Under the pieces are notes generated by a model. That model saw only the letters and a list, made by a program, of their open reading frames with translations. It had not been told where the DNA came from and did not search any database. Positions 27,525 to 38,004 of a stretch of 64,000 nucleotides of DNA are shown one piece after another (positions within the stretch are counted from its first letter, which is position 1; each line of letters opens with the position of its first letter). Origin of the DNA: a virus; IMG/VR virus record IMGVR_UViG_3300033146_004974, positions 1-64,000 of that record. One strand, written 5' to 3'. The position numbers and the translations under genes were made by a program.

Positions 27525-29936
27525 ATGAGAAAATTTTTGAGAAAAGAGGTTGAAAAAGCGTGTTTGGAATATTTTTTAGGTGATTCATTAGCAGCGAACG
27601 TTTCATACACAAAATATCTCCTAAAAGATAAGGAGGGTTTCTTCTTAGAAAAGACTCCAGACGAAATGCATTGGAGGATGGCAAAAGAATTTGCCAGAAT
27701 TGAATGCAATTATTCTCAAGAGAATTTTAAAGAAGTAGCCAAACGTTTTTATAATCTTTTTAAACATTTCAAATATATTGTGCCACAAGGTTCTGTAATG
27801 TATGGCTTAGGAAATCCTAAAGCCATTTCGTTATCGAATTGTACAGTTTTACCATCTCCATCTGATTCTATTAGCGGAATTTTCAAAACAACTGGAGATA
27901 TGGCCAACCTCTTCAAAAGGCGTTGTGGGGTTGGTCTTGATATTTCTTCGTTGCGTTGGGATGGAGCATATGTTGATAACTCCGCAAATTCCTCAACTGG
28001 TGCATGGAGTTTTGCCGATCTTTTTTCGTATGTGACCAAAAAGATTGGTCAGAATAATAGAAGGGGAGCGCTTCTGATTTCACTGGATGTTAGACATCCA
28101 GATGTTGTCAAATTTGCCACTTCTAAGTACGATGAAACAAAAGTCACTGGAGCGAATATTTCGTTAAAATTGGTTGATGAATTTTATCAAGCAGTCGAAA
28201 ATGGCGAAAAATTCACACTCCAATGGCCAGTTGATTCCGCGAATCCTTCTTTTGTGCAAGAGGTTGATGCAAGAGAATTATTTGAAACGATTGTCGAAGC
28301 AGCGACAAAAACAGCGGCACCTGGGATCTTTAATTTTGATCGAATGTTGCGATACACTCCGACATATGCTTACGAAGCATTAAGGACTATAACAACAAAT
28401 CCTTGTGGCGAAGTCCCTCTTGGGGCGAATGATTCGTGCAGATTGATTTCACACAATTTGCTAAGTTATGTTATCGATCCATTTACGAAAGATGCTCGAT
28501 TTGATTTTGAATTGTTTGATAAGCATTGCAGATTTAAGACAAGGCTTGGAGACAATCTCGTTGAATTGGAATTAGAAAAGATTCTTCAAATTTTGGAAAA
28601 ACTGGATGATGAAGATGAAATCGACTTATGGAATAAGTTCTATAAAATCGGGAAGTTAGGAAGACGTTTAGGACTTGGCACTCATGGTTTGGCTGATGCT
28701 TTAGCGGCATTGAGAATCAGATACGATTCTGACGAAGCATTAGAAATGGTTGACGAGATTTATCGTAAACAGATGATTTCTTGTTATGACGAAAGCGTTA
28801 ATCTCGCAATAGAACGTGGTTCATTTGAACTTTTCAATTGGGAATTAGAAAAGGACAATGAATTTATCAAACAACTCCCAGAATGGTTGCAAAAAAGAAT
28901 TGCTAAGCATGGACGAAGGAATGTCGCATTGTTAACAAATGCGCCAACTGGTTCTGTTGCGATTGAATCACAGGTTACAAGCGGTCTGGAACCAGTTTTT
29001 CGATTTGTTCATGATAGACGACGAAAGCTGACAGAAAGTGAAAACATCAAACCTGATTTTGTTGACAAAACTGGCGATAGATTTATCAAATTCAAAGTTT
29101 TCCATCACAATGTTGAAAGATGGCGGAAGGTAACAAACGGAGATGTCAATAACTTGCCTGATTACTTTGTTTCATCAGACAAAATCAGTTGGCAAAAACG
29201 TGTTGAGCTTCAGGGAGTCATTCAAAAGAGTGTTGATAATTCAATAAGTTCGACCATCAATCTTCCAAAAGGGACTTCTGTCGAAATTGTCAAAGAAATT
29301 TACATGGAAGCCTGGCGCAAAGGGTTAAAAGGTGTTACAGTCTATATTGATGGCACCAAAGATGGAATTTTATTGTCGGAAGAGTCAGAAAAAGAAGAAT
29401 TTATTCAAAAAGATGCCTTAAAAAGACCTGAGAAACTGGAATGTGATATCCACCGTATGACAATTAAGGGGCAAAAATATATAATTTTTGTTGGATTGTA
29501 CAATAAAAAACCTTATGAAGTCATGGGTGGTTCTTCTGAACACATTGAGGTTCCAAACAATTTGATGAAGGGATTTTTGTATAAAAAACAATTTAAAACA
29601 GTAAACAGTAAGTATCGTTTTGAATCTGGGGATTTTGAGATAAAGGAAATTACCAAAGTTTTTGATAATCCGAATAACGAAGTTGTAACGCGACTTGTTT
29701 CTTTCGGTTTAAGACATGGTGCAAAACCTTCTGATATTGTTAGCCAGCTTCAAAAGGACCCGGATTCAGATTTCTTTTCGTTCTCAAAATCTTTAGCTAG
29801 AGCTTTGAAGAAGTATATCAAAGATGGAGAAAAAGTCAGCACAAGATATTGTAAAGAGTGTGGTGAAGAAAATTCATTAGAGTATCAAGAGGGATGTGTA
29901 ACCTGCATGAATTGTGGGTGGTCAAAATGTGGTTGA
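27525..29936 (+). CDS. nrdJ: class II (adenosylcobalamin-dependent) ribonucleotide reductase
   Basis: SLSNC, TNPCGEVPL, APTGS, C-terminal CKEC..GCVTCMNCGWSKC; no beta subunit in the window. Confidence 0.9.
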   Translation: MRKFLRKEVEKACLEYFLGDSLAANVSYTKYLLKDKEGFFLEKTPDEMHWRMAKEFARIECNYSQENFKEVAKRFYNLFKHFKYIVPQGSVMYGLGNPKAISLSNCTVLPSPSDSISGIFKTTGDMANLFKRRCGVGLDISSLRWDGAYVDNSANSSTGAWSFADLFSYVTKKIGQNNRRGALLISLDVRHPDVVKFATSKYDETKVTGANISLKLVDEFYQAVENGEKFTLQWPVDSANPSFVQEVDARELFETIVEAATKTAAPGIFNFDRMLRYTPTYAYEALRTITTNPCGEVPLGANDSCRLISHNLLSYVIDPFTKDARFDFELFDKHCRFKTRLGDNLVELELEKILQILEKLDDEDEIDLWNKFYKIGKLGRRLGLGTHGLADALAALRIRYDSDEALEMVDEIYRKQMISCYDESVNLAIERGSFELFNWELEKDNEFIKQLPEWLQKRIAKHGRRNVALLTNAPTGSVAIESQVTSGLEPVFRFVHDRRRKLTESENIKPDFVDKTGDRFIKFKVFHHNVERWRKVTNGDVNNLPDYFVSSDKISWQKRVELQGVIQKSVDNSISSTINLPKGTSVEIVKEIYMEAWRKGLKGVTVYIDGTKDGILLSEESEKEEFIQKDALKRPEKLECDIHRMTIKGQKYIIFVGLYNKKPYEVMGGSSEHIEVPNNLMKGFLYKKQFKTVNSKYRFESGDFEIKEITKVFDNPNNEVVTRLVSFGLRHGAKPSDIVSQLQKDPDSDFFSFSKSLARALKKYIKDGEKVSTRYCKECGEENSLEYQEGCVTCMNCGWSKCG

Positions 29937-29949
29937 AAAAGGGGATTTT

Positions 29950-30684
29950 ATGAAGCTGTATGAAGATGATATTGGCGAAGTTGAATTTGTGGATTGCATG
30001 GGTGATGATTTAGCGATTGTCAATGCCGCAAGAATCAGCTTTTCCAATGAAAAAAAGTTGCTTGATCTTTCTGATAGGAAATTGTTGAGATATATGTTGA
30101 AGAATGGTCATTGGTCTCCATTTGATCAAGCGTATGTCAAGTTTAAGATCAAAGTCCCGCTTTTTGTGCGAAGTCAGCATCATCGTCATTGTTCACAAAA
30201 ATTTAATGAAATTTCGAGACGATATGTCGCAGTGGATATGGAGATGTATAATAATCCAGAAGGACTGCGAAGGCAGCACAAAGTGAATAAACAAGGTTCT
30301 TATGATGAATTTTTCAATCCACAGTTGACGAATGATTCTGAATTATATTTTGAGAATGGTTGTTTTTCATCATATCCAGATGAATCAGTTAATCTTGTTC
30401 AGTATCTTGAACAGTATCATCAGCTCACGTTGCATATTTATAATACTCTTGTTTCATGGGGGTTTGCAAAGGAGCAAGTGCGCGGATATTTGCCTCAAAA
30501 TTTATACACAACTTATATTGCGACAGGTTCGGTGCGCAGCTTTATTCATTATCTTCAACAGCGATTGGATACTCATGCACAATGGGAGCACCGGAAGGTT
30601 GCAGAAGTTATTGAAAGACATCTGAGAGAACATTTCCCAATAACTTTTAAAATTCTTGATGAACTGGCATTAGAGGAGGGTTAA
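29950..30684 (+). CDS. thyX: flavin-dependent thymidylate synthase
   Basis: NAARIS, GHWSPF, QHHRH..FNEISRRY, HAQWE. Confidence 0.92.
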   Translation: MKLYEDDIGEVEFVDCMGDDLAIVNAARISFSNEKKLLDLSDRKLLRYMLKNGHWSPFDQAYVKFKIKVPLFVRSQHHRHCSQKFNEISRRYVAVDMEMYNNPEGLRRQHKVNKQGSYDEFFNPQLTNDSELYFENGCFSSYPDESVNLVQYLEQYHQLTLHIYNTLVSWGFAKEQVRGYLPQNLYTTYIATGSVRSFIHYLQQRLDTHAQWEHRKVAEVIERHLREHFPITFKILDELALEEG

Positions 30685-30687
30685 GAA

Positions 30688-30987
30688 ATGCTTATGACAT
30701 TCAACGATTATGTTCTTGTAGAAAAGTTTGATGCCAAGAAGGCATATGTTGATAAGAAGATTGCGGAAACATCTTTCGATTTTGGCGAACAAAATTTGAC
30801 CATTGATGAAAAATTTTGTTGGGTGACAGTCACAACGAAATATGAAAATGATAAGGTTACTCTGCATAAAAATCAGAAATTACTTGTTTTTTCGCATCTT
30901 ATCGAAAAGGTTGAGTACATTGATTTTGATGGTGTCGAAAAAGAATTGACAATAATTCCATTATCTTCTATTGTGATATCAAAGTGA
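30688..30987 (+). CDS. divergent GroES-like co-chaperonin
   Basis: 99 aa; FNDYVLVEK start, KLLVF, DFDGVEKELTIIPLSSIV end match the GroES pattern. Confidence 0.5.
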   Translation: MLMTFNDYVLVEKFDAKKAYVDKKIAETSFDFGEQNLTIDEKFCWVTVTTKYENDKVTLHKNQKLLVFSHLIEKVEYIDFDGVEKELTIIPLSSIVISK

Positions 30988-31895
30988 GAAATATCGTTGT
31001 TGGGAATTCAGTAGAATCAGTCATATTCGCGTGGAAAAATGATTTTATTATGATTCATTATGATGGCCCAACAACCTTGTATGATTACTTTGAACCAGAT
31101 TTGAATTTGGCCCAATATTTTTTCCCAAAGTTAATTCTCAAAGATCGCCAAATTCAAATGATAGAAGGTTTGAAAAAGGTTGGCCCAACGATCCACAATC
31201 TCAAGGCAATGCTCTTGTTCGATCTTGGACTGCAAGGCTTGCTTCCTTTTTCCGATAGAGTTACAAATATCACAATTCTTGAGGAAGAAAACAAATTAAA
31301 GGTTTCTCTTGATGATGTTACAACAGAAACGATTGAATATGATGGATTGATCCTGTTTGAAACTCATATTGTTGAAAATTCTGAAGCAAACTTTGTTGAT
31401 GGAATTGAGGGGGAATATGTAGTCATTGATTGGTTCATAATTAGGAGACTCCTAAAAAGAAATTTGGAATATTATGAACGGGATAATAAATTTGTGAACA
31501 ATTTTCATATAACATCTGCGATATCAAGCAATAGAAAATTGTTGGTCTCCAAATCTTATTTGACTCTTGAAGAATTGGAGAAAGAGTTTGACTCGAATGC
31601 TGTTCTTCATGAGATTGATAAAATCTTGATTGATAATGATTTTCAAAATGCAGTGAGACATCAGCAAAAAGCTAATAAATCTGATTTTCTACTAGAGCCG
31701 ATTAGGAGAATCAAATTTAAAAACTGGTTTTTTTATGATGAAGATAATGGAAATATCGAATATAGAAATGATACTTTAGAAATGTTGTTAGAAAATATTA
31801 AACCGAAAGAAAGGAAATTGCCGTGGATTTTTCCAAAATTTCCAAAGAGCGCTATAGCCATTTCTCGTTTGTGGCAGGAATTATTCCACTTCTAA
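30984..31895 (+). CDS. hypothetical protein with degenerate Rossmann-like start
   Basis: MRNIVVGNSVESVIFA; TIEYDGLILF. Confidence 0.5.
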   Translation: MRNIVVGNSVESVIFAWKNDFIMIHYDGPTTLYDYFEPDLNLAQYFFPKLILKDRQIQMIEGLKKVGPTIHNLKAMLLFDLGLQGLLPFSDRVTNITILEEENKLKVSLDDVTTETIEYDGLILFETHIVENSEANFVDGIEGEYVVIDWFIIRRLLKRNLEYYERDNKFVNNFHITSAISSNRKLLVSKSYLTLEELEKEFDSNAVLHEIDKILIDNDFQNAVRHQQKANKSDFLLEPIRRIKFKNWFFYDEDNGNIEYRNDTLEMLLENIKPKERKLPWIFPKFPKSAIAISRLWQELFHF

Positions 31896-32692
31896 ATCTA
31901 TCAAATTTAGAATATGATTTGCCATATGATCCTTGGATGTTGCCGACAAGCGAGACGACAACGATTATTGAAAATGCAATCAATTCATGTGCAATGGCTG
32001 GATGTACTGATATATGGATTGTGGCACCAAATTTCATTCATCCAATGTTGAAGAAAATATTTGGTGATGCCATTTTGAGTCCAAGGATATATACAAATGC
32101 GATAGAAATTAAAAAAAAGAATGCAAAAACGGGATTTAGAACCGCCTTTCATGCGAACAAAAGAATAATCCCTCTATTCTATATTCAGTTGGAACCAGAC
32201 GATATGATATATAATGCTAATACAGCATTCTCTATTTTATATGCATCTTATATTCCATCAAGATTAATAAAGAATTTTTCCAATTATGCGTTACCAGATA
32301 TGTTTTACGTTCATCCTCCATTCACTGTCAATGATCCGAATGAACTGAAACAAGTATCACACTTTAAAAGATTAGATAAAGCAAATTTCGGAGAATTGCT
32401 TTGCATAACTGATGGGGAAAAGAATGCTGCGAATGGGTATCAACTTCCTTTTGCATATCATTTGAATTCGCTTGAAAGAATGCACGAAAATTATAAAAAC
32501 AGTAAAGAGAAAACTGTTCAAAATATGTTGAAAGGGATTGATTACAAAAATTTTGAAATAAGTTGGCACCATGATTTGAGAAATTGGGAAGATTATTGTA
32601 GTTTTCTTATGAACAAAGAGCGAAGAAAAAAAACAGTGTTGAAGAGAAGACTCTTGAACAATCAAGTTTTAAACAGAATAGGAAAAGAATGA
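31823..32692 (+). CDS. sugar-phosphate nucleotidyltransferase-like (GT-A fold) protein, degenerate
   Basis: AGIIPL..PWMLP..IIENAINSCAMAGCTDIWIVA. Confidence 0.5.
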   Translation: MDFSKISKERYSHFSFVAGIIPLLNLSNLEYDLPYDPWMLPTSETTTIIENAINSCAMAGCTDIWIVAPNFIHPMLKKIFGDAILSPRIYTNAIEIKKKNAKTGFRTAFHANKRIIPLFYIQLEPDDMIYNANTAFSILYASYIPSRLIKNFSNYALPDMFYVHPPFTVNDPNELKQVSHFKRLDKANFGELLCITDGEKNAANGYQLPFAYHLNSLERMHENYKNSKEKTVQNMLKGIDYKNFEISWHHDLRNWEDYCSFLMNKERRKKTVLKRRLLNNQVLNRIGKE

Positions 32693-35600
32693 AAAAGATT
32701 AATTTTGTCAATCTTCATGCGCATTCAGGATTCTCTATTTTCGATGGTTTCGGAATGCCCGGAGAATATATGGATTATGCCTTCGAGAATGGCATGAATG
32801 CCCACGCCTTAACAGACCACGGCAATATGAATGGCTTTTCATACCAAATCTTACACGCAAAGAAGATGAAGGAAGCTGGGAAGGTATTAAAGCCGATTTA
32901 TGGTGTTGAAGCTTATTTTGTACCTTCTGTGAAAGAATGGAAAGCGGCGATGGACCAAAAGCAGTTTTCCAAGAGGGCCAAAAAGATTGATGATGATGCA
33001 AGAAGATTAAATCCAGAAGAGTTGGCCACCTTAAATAAAAGAAGGCATGTTGTTCTTCTGGCCCAGGACAAAAAGGGTTTGAAAAACCTTTTTCAGCTAG
33101 TATCAAAATCACACATGGGAGACAATTTTTATAGAAAGCCAAGAATTGACTTGGATTTAATTAAAAAACATAATGAAGGTTTGGTCTGTACTTCTGCTTG
33201 CCTTGGCGGGTTAATGAATATGGAGTGGTGGATCAATGAAGATAAAGATAGAGCCATTGAGCAAATGGCTTTCTGGGCAGACCGATTTAAACAGATTTTT
33301 GGCAGACGTTTTTTTATCGAACTTCAATGGAACGATATTGAAGAACAGCATTTGACCAATATTATCAATATTGAAATTGCAAAAAAACTCGAATTAGAAC
33401 TTATTTCAACTGCTGATTGTCATTATCCAACACCTGAAGATTTTCAGAATAGATATTTGTATAACAAGCTTGGCTGGTTGAATTCATATAACAATGAAGA
33501 GTTCGTAATGCCAGAAAGCGCAGAAGAAATTGGCTACCATTTGTATCCCAAAAATGGCGAGCAAATGATGGAGTCTTTTGAAAAATCTTCTGAAAAGATG
33601 GGATACAAATATGACAAGGATTTGGTCTTAAAAAGCATAACAAATGCATATAAAATTTCTGAAGAGTTGATTGGGAATATCGAATTCGACACAAAAGTTC
33701 GACTGCCTGATTTTGTTGTCCCAGAAAATGTTGATGTCAATGAACATCTGAGGGAAGTTGCTGTAGCAGGACTACTGTCAAAAAATCTTGACTCGAAAGA
33801 ATATCGCGAAAGATTAGAAGAAGAATTGGAAGTAATCGAGAGTCAAGATTTTTCAAAATATTTCCTTACTTCAAGAGCATATATCAAAGAGGCAAAGGAT
33901 ATAACTTTGATTGGCCCTTCACGCGGTTCAGCGGGTGGTTCATTAGTTTCATATGTGCTTGGCATTACCCAACTTGATCCTATTAAATGGGGATTGCAAT
34001 TTTCAAGATTCTTGACAAGAGGTGCTAAAGGATATCCAGATATTGATACTGATTTTGGTGACAACTTGGCTGTACATGATCACTTAATAAAAAAGTGGGG
34101 TGAGCAGAGTGTTGTTTCAATTACAAACTTTAACAGGTTGAAGTTTAAATCTGTTTTGAAAGATCTTTCAAAACTATTTGGAGTCAGTTTTGAGGAGGTC
34201 AATGCAGTAACAACGGTGATGGAGGAAGAAGCGAAAGGGCCTGCAATGGCTGCAAAAGGTATTAAGGTAGGTGCATATACATTGAGTGGCGACGAGCTTA
34301 GAACGCATTCTGAGACCTTAAAGGCGTATCTCAAAAAGTATCCTGATGTTGATAAATATATTGACACACTGCAAGGTCAAATTCGTTCTGTTAGTCGTCA
34401 TGCTGGTGGAATGTTGGTTTCAAATAATTTAATTGAAGAAATGCCATTAATTCGCTCTGCTGCTTTATCAAAAGATAAGAAAGAAGCCAGAAAAAAACAA
34501 GGATTGAATGGTTATATCCTTCAGACGCCGTGGTCTGAAGGGCAGAATGTACGCCACCTAGAACCATTAGGGTTCATTAAATTTGATAGACTTGGCTTAT
34601 CAACATTGTTGATGTTCCAAAGCTGCATCGAAAACATTTTGGAAAAGCAAAATGGGCAAGAGGCTTCTTTTGACGAAGTGCAGAAGTGGTATAATAAAAA
34701 TATGTCGCCAGATGTTTTAGATTTGGATGATCAAAAAGTTTGGAAATATGTTTTTCAAGATGGGAGATGGCCAGGAATTTTTCAATTTACTGAAAGTGGT
34801 GCTCAAGAGCTTTGTAAGTCCGTTGCGCCAACAAACATTAACGAATTGTCTGCTGTTACTTCATTATACCGCCCAGGGCCTTTAGGGGCTGGTGCTGATA
34901 AAGATTATTTGACTTACAAAAATAATCCGTTGAGGATTAGATATGAACATAAAATTCTTGAAGGGATTTTGTCTAAAACATATGGGATGATTGTTTATCA
35001 AGAGCAGATTTCTGCAATTGCTTCACAACTTGGTGGGTTAACGAGTGATGAAGGGCAATTTTTCAGAAAGTTGTTGACAAAAAAAGGAACTGGGAAAGAT
35101 GGCTACCTTCAAACTTTAGAAGAAAAATTCTTAAAAGGTTGCGAACTAAATGGGATGAGCAATCTCATGGCCAATAAACTTTTGGAAAAATTAGTTTATT
35201 TTGCCGCATATGGTTTCAATGAAATTCACGCCATTGCTTATTCAATTATTTCGTATCAATGCGCATGGTTTTTTACATATTATTCTGCTGAATGGTTAGC
35301 GGCAGTTTTAGAAAGGGTTCCTGAGAAGCAAAAAGTTTCCGCAATCAATGCGACAAAATCATATGGTTTTGCAATCAAATCGCCAGATGTTAACCAATCA
35401 AGCAGAAAATGGAAGCCAATTGGAGATGGCTCAACAATTGCGCAACCTCTTTCAGCAGTCAAAGGAATTGGTGCCAAAGCGATTGAGGAAATCTTTGAAC
35501 AACGTCCGTTGACGATGGACAAATTGTTGTTTGGAATTAGTAAAAGGAAAGTTAACAAAAAGGTGTTAACATCTTTGTTTAAGTCTGGTGCACTTGATGA

Positions 35601-36099
35601 TCTAATCGATTTGGAAGTATACAGTAATTTTAAACACTTTTATTTGGCAGCTTTAGAAACAAGGCCAAAGACTAGAAAAGCGCTTGAAAAAAAGATCAAA
35701 GAAACGAAAGGTTGTGACGATTTTGATGAACAAGAGTATATCCAATTCAAGGTTGAATCATCAGGGATTTACCCAGTTTTTTATATTGTAGATCCAGAAA
35801 TGGAGGACAGATTAAAAGAATTCAACATGAAATGTCTTGGCGAATTTGATGGGACAACAGACCAACTATTCTGGGGGATAGTAAAGGAGACAGAGTTAAA
35901 AAGGACTAAAAGAGGAAGTTTATATAACGTTGTAACAATGATTGATACAACATTTAAGGAGATCAAGATCAATTGTTGGTCATGGCAAGAGACTGATGTG
36001 GTTCACAAAAATCATGTATATTTTTTCAGAGTCGATCATGCTCCAAAATGGGGTTTTTCGACAAGAAGTTTCAAAAAGAATTTTAGAATGATTAAGTAA
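32689..36099 (+). CDS. dnaE: DNA polymerase III alpha subunit
   Basis: PHP domain NLHAHS/LTDHG, SRGSAGGSL, PDIDTD, RHAGG, KFDRLGL, YGFNEIHA; no intein seen. Confidence 0.97.
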   Translation: MKKINFVNLHAHSGFSIFDGFGMPGEYMDYAFENGMNAHALTDHGNMNGFSYQILHAKKMKEAGKVLKPIYGVEAYFVPSVKEWKAAMDQKQFSKRAKKIDDDARRLNPEELATLNKRRHVVLLAQDKKGLKNLFQLVSKSHMGDNFYRKPRIDLDLIKKHNEGLVCTSACLGGLMNMEWWINEDKDRAIEQMAFWADRFKQIFGRRFFIELQWNDIEEQHLTNIINIEIAKKLELELISTADCHYPTPEDFQNRYLYNKLGWLNSYNNEEFVMPESAEEIGYHLYPKNGEQMMESFEKSSEKMGYKYDKDLVLKSITNAYKISEELIGNIEFDTKVRLPDFVVPENVDVNEHLREVAVAGLLSKNLDSKEYRERLEEELEVIESQDFSKYFLTSRAYIKEAKDITLIGPSRGSAGGSLVSYVLGITQLDPIKWGLQFSRFLTRGAKGYPDIDTDFGDNLAVHDHLIKKWGEQSVVSITNFNRLKFKSVLKDLSKLFGVSFEEVNAVTTVMEEEAKGPAMAAKGIKVGAYTLSGDELRTHSETLKAYLKKYPDVDKYIDTLQGQIRSVSRHAGGMLVSNNLIEEMPLIRSAALSKDKKEARKKQGLNGYILQTPWSEGQNVRHLEPLGFIKFDRLGLSTLLMFQSCIENILEKQNGQEASFDEVQKWYNKNMSPDVLDLDDQKVWKYVFQDGRWPGIFQFTESGAQELCKSVAPTNINELSAVTSLYRPGPLGAGADKDYLTYKNNPLRIRYEHKILEGILSKTYGMIVYQEQISAIASQLGGLTSDEGQFFRKLLTKKGTGKDGYLQTLEEKFLKGCELNGMSNLMANKLLEKLVYFAAYGFNEIHAIAYSIISYQCAWFFTYYSAEWLAAVLERVPEKQKVSAINATKSYGFAIKSPDVNQSSRKWKPIGDGSTIAQPLSAVKGIGAKAIEEIFEQRPLTMDKLLFGISKRKVNKKVLTSLFKSGALDDLIDLEVYSNFKHFYLAALETRPKTRKALEKKIKETKGCDDFDEQEYIQFKVESSGIYPVFYIVDPEMEDRLKEFNMKCLGEFDGTTDQLFWGIVKETELKRTKRGSLYNVVTMIDTTFKEIKINCWSWQETDVVHKNHVYFFRVDHAPKWGFSTRSFKKNFRMIK

Positions 36100-36109
36100 A
36101 GGAAAGCGA

Positions 36110-36577
36110 ATGTATATTAAATTTTCATTAGAGGAAGAAGGGATGAAGGCTCCAACTAGGAGCAATCGGTCTGATGCGGGACTGGATGTTTATTTCAACC
36201 AGGCTGATTCGCATCTTTCATCTATAACAGTACATCCAGGCCAGAATTATTTGTTTGCGACAGGTTGCAGATTTGAAATTCCACATGGTTACGCATTGAT
36301 GGTTAAAAACCGTTCTGGGATGGCATCAAGACATAATTTGTTGAAAGGTGCTCAATTGATTGATGCAGGTTATTCAGGAGTTGTTTACATTGATTTACAT
36401 AATGTTGGGGAAGAGGCGGTAACAATCAAAAATGGCACCAAGATCGCTCAATTGGTTTTAGTTCCGGTTTTATCGTTTGATCTGGTTCAAGCTGACAAAG
36501 ATGATTTGTATTCCAAAGAAATTGTTTTCTCAGAAAGGGGAGAAGGAGGGTTTGGCTCAACGGATTCAAAAAAGTAA
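36110..36577 (+). CDS. dut: trimeric dUTPase
   Basis: DAGLD, RSG, IDAGYSG, KIAQL, RGEGGFGST. Confidence 0.96.
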   Translation: MYIKFSLEEEGMKAPTRSNRSDAGLDVYFNQADSHLSSITVHPGQNYLFATGCRFEIPHGYALMVKNRSGMASRHNLLKGAQLIDAGYSGVVYIDLHNVGEEAVTIKNGTKIAQLVLVPVLSFDLVQADKDDLYSKEIVFSERGEGGFGSTDSKK

Positions 36578-36578
36578 G

Positions 36579-36622
36579 AATTGACGAGTTGCTTGACAAT
36601 ACAGCGCTGCTTATGAGATAGT
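36579..36622 (+). promoter_or_regulatory. phage promoter family member
   Basis: AATTG 14 nt before TTGACA-N18-GATAGT; spacer ACAGCGCT shared with the 17361 promoter. Confidence 0.55.
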
Positions 36623-36663
36623 GAAGGTGCATGGCATTAATGCCACAACAAGGAGAGGTCAGA

Positions 36664-36969
36664 ATGAGTTTAATTGATACAATCAACAACACATTTGAGC
36701 AAATTGAAGAGAAGTTAGAACAAAACACATCAACAAAGGAGGAGCATGTTAAAGCCTTTGTCGAAGAATTTGAAAAGATTGAAGAACAGTTTGCTGCTCT
36801 TCGCGAAGAAAGGAAACAATTAATTGATGAGTACACAAACAATAATTGGTTGACAAAGGATGATGTCAAAATGATTAAGCGTGCGATCAGAATCGTGAAG
36901 TCAGAAACGGATTTTGAAGAGTTAGCAGAATTTATCAATCCTGCGATGGAAGCATTAGGCGAAGTTTGA
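36664..36969 (+). CDS. small coiled-coil DNA-binding protein (GapR/T4 DsbA-like)
   Basis: KAFVEEFEKIEEQFAALREERKQLIDEY..DVKMIKRAIRI. Confidence 0.55.
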   Translation: MSLIDTINNTFEQIEEKLEQNTSTKEEHVKAFVEEFEKIEEQFAALREERKQLIDEYTNNNWLTKDDVKMIKRAIRIVKSETDFEELAEFINPAMEALGEV

Positions 36970-37304
36970 TGCTAATTGACGATTTTGAAACCTTCAAATT
37001 TCATTATTTGGAGGGGTCAAAAAAGACCATAAAACTTCCGATCTGTTCAAAGGAAAAGATGGATTTCTTTTTTAAACTTCAACAAGACAAGTTTTCTAAA
37101 GTTGATTTCATTTTGCTTATTATAAAGGCATATATAAATCATGACAGAAGATTGATAAGCTTGATACGGGAAGAACAGAAACGAAAAAAGACCTTTTCGA
37201 CCGAAGTTTTCAAAAAAATGAAAAAGAATGATAAAAAAGTTTATTCAAGTCTAGATAATTATACTTTCGGAGAGGAAGGTGATATTCTTTTTGAGGAAGA
37301 ATAA
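36966..37304 (+). CDS. hypothetical protein
   Basis: ORF in operon. Confidence 0.55.
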   Translation: MMLIDDFETFKFHYLEGSKKTIKLPICSKEKMDFFFKLQQDKFSKVDFILLIIKAYINHDRRLISLIREEQKRKKTFSTEVFKKMKKNDKKVYSSLDNYTFGEEGDILFEEE

Positions 37305-37341
37305 ACTATATAAATTGTTACGAAAAATAAAGGAGCAAAGA

Positions 37342-37848
37342 ATGGATATTGACAAATGGGCAGAAATTGCAGGCACAAACGAAGCTACTCGCAAACTTAT
37401 CAAGGAAGCTTACCGTCTTGAAGAGGTAGACAGTGCAGGTCTGGAAAAAGATGAGGAAGTCCTTGAAGAAGAGGAAGAATTAGAAATCGATGATGAGTCG
37501 ATGGAAGAAATGTCTGAGCCTGATGAAGAAATGGGCGAAGAAATGGGCGAAGAAATGGATGAGGAAATGCCTTTGGAAGAACCTGACGATGAAATGCTGA
37601 TGGGAAATGAGGAAGGGCAAGAGAAAAATGATTTGCTTTACAAACAAGTCATTAACGCCTTGGCACCAATTTTTGGAGTCGAAATAGAAATTGATTCTGA
37701 TGTTTCTCCAGAAGGTGATATGGAAGTTATGTCGGATGAGGTTTCTGATGGCATGGAAGGTGAAGAAGTTGATGAGGAAATGTTGGCTGAAGCATTTAAA
37801 CGAGTAGAAAAAAAGATTCGCTCTCAATTTAGAATCAAAAAGAGATAA
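37342..37848 (+). CDS. highly acidic low-complexity protein (possible head scaffold/internal protein)
   Basis: E/D/M-rich, EEMG repeats, strong SD AAGGAG. Confidence 0.65.
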   Translation: MDIDKWAEIAGTNEATRKLIKEAYRLEEVDSAGLEKDEEVLEEEEELEIDDESMEEMSEPDEEMGEEMGEEMDEEMPLEEPDDEMLMGNEEGQEKNDLLYKQVINALAPIFGVEIEIDSDVSPEGDMEVMSDEVSDGMEGEEVDEEMLAEAFKRVEKKIRSQFRIKKR

Positions 37849-37868
37849 GTGAAGCTAATCAAGTGAAT

Positions 37869-37894
37869 AAAGGCCATTTATGGCCTTTTTTTTT
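37869..37894 (+). terminator. intrinsic terminator
   Basis: AAAGGCCAT-TT-ATGGCCTTT plus T tract. Confidence 0.75.
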
Positions 37895-38004
37895 AGGAGA
37901 TGTGATGGAATCCTTGAAGGAGAAGATAGTAAGAATTGCCAAAGATTTATTGAAAAAAAAGAAAAATGAAGATGTACTCTTATTACAACCTAGCAAGGAA
38001 AAAG

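Noticed and set aside
27525-36099. Inteins or introns in RNR, ThyX and DnaE
   Set aside because: Lengths are normal, frames uninterrupted, no splicing or homing-endonuclease motifs seen.
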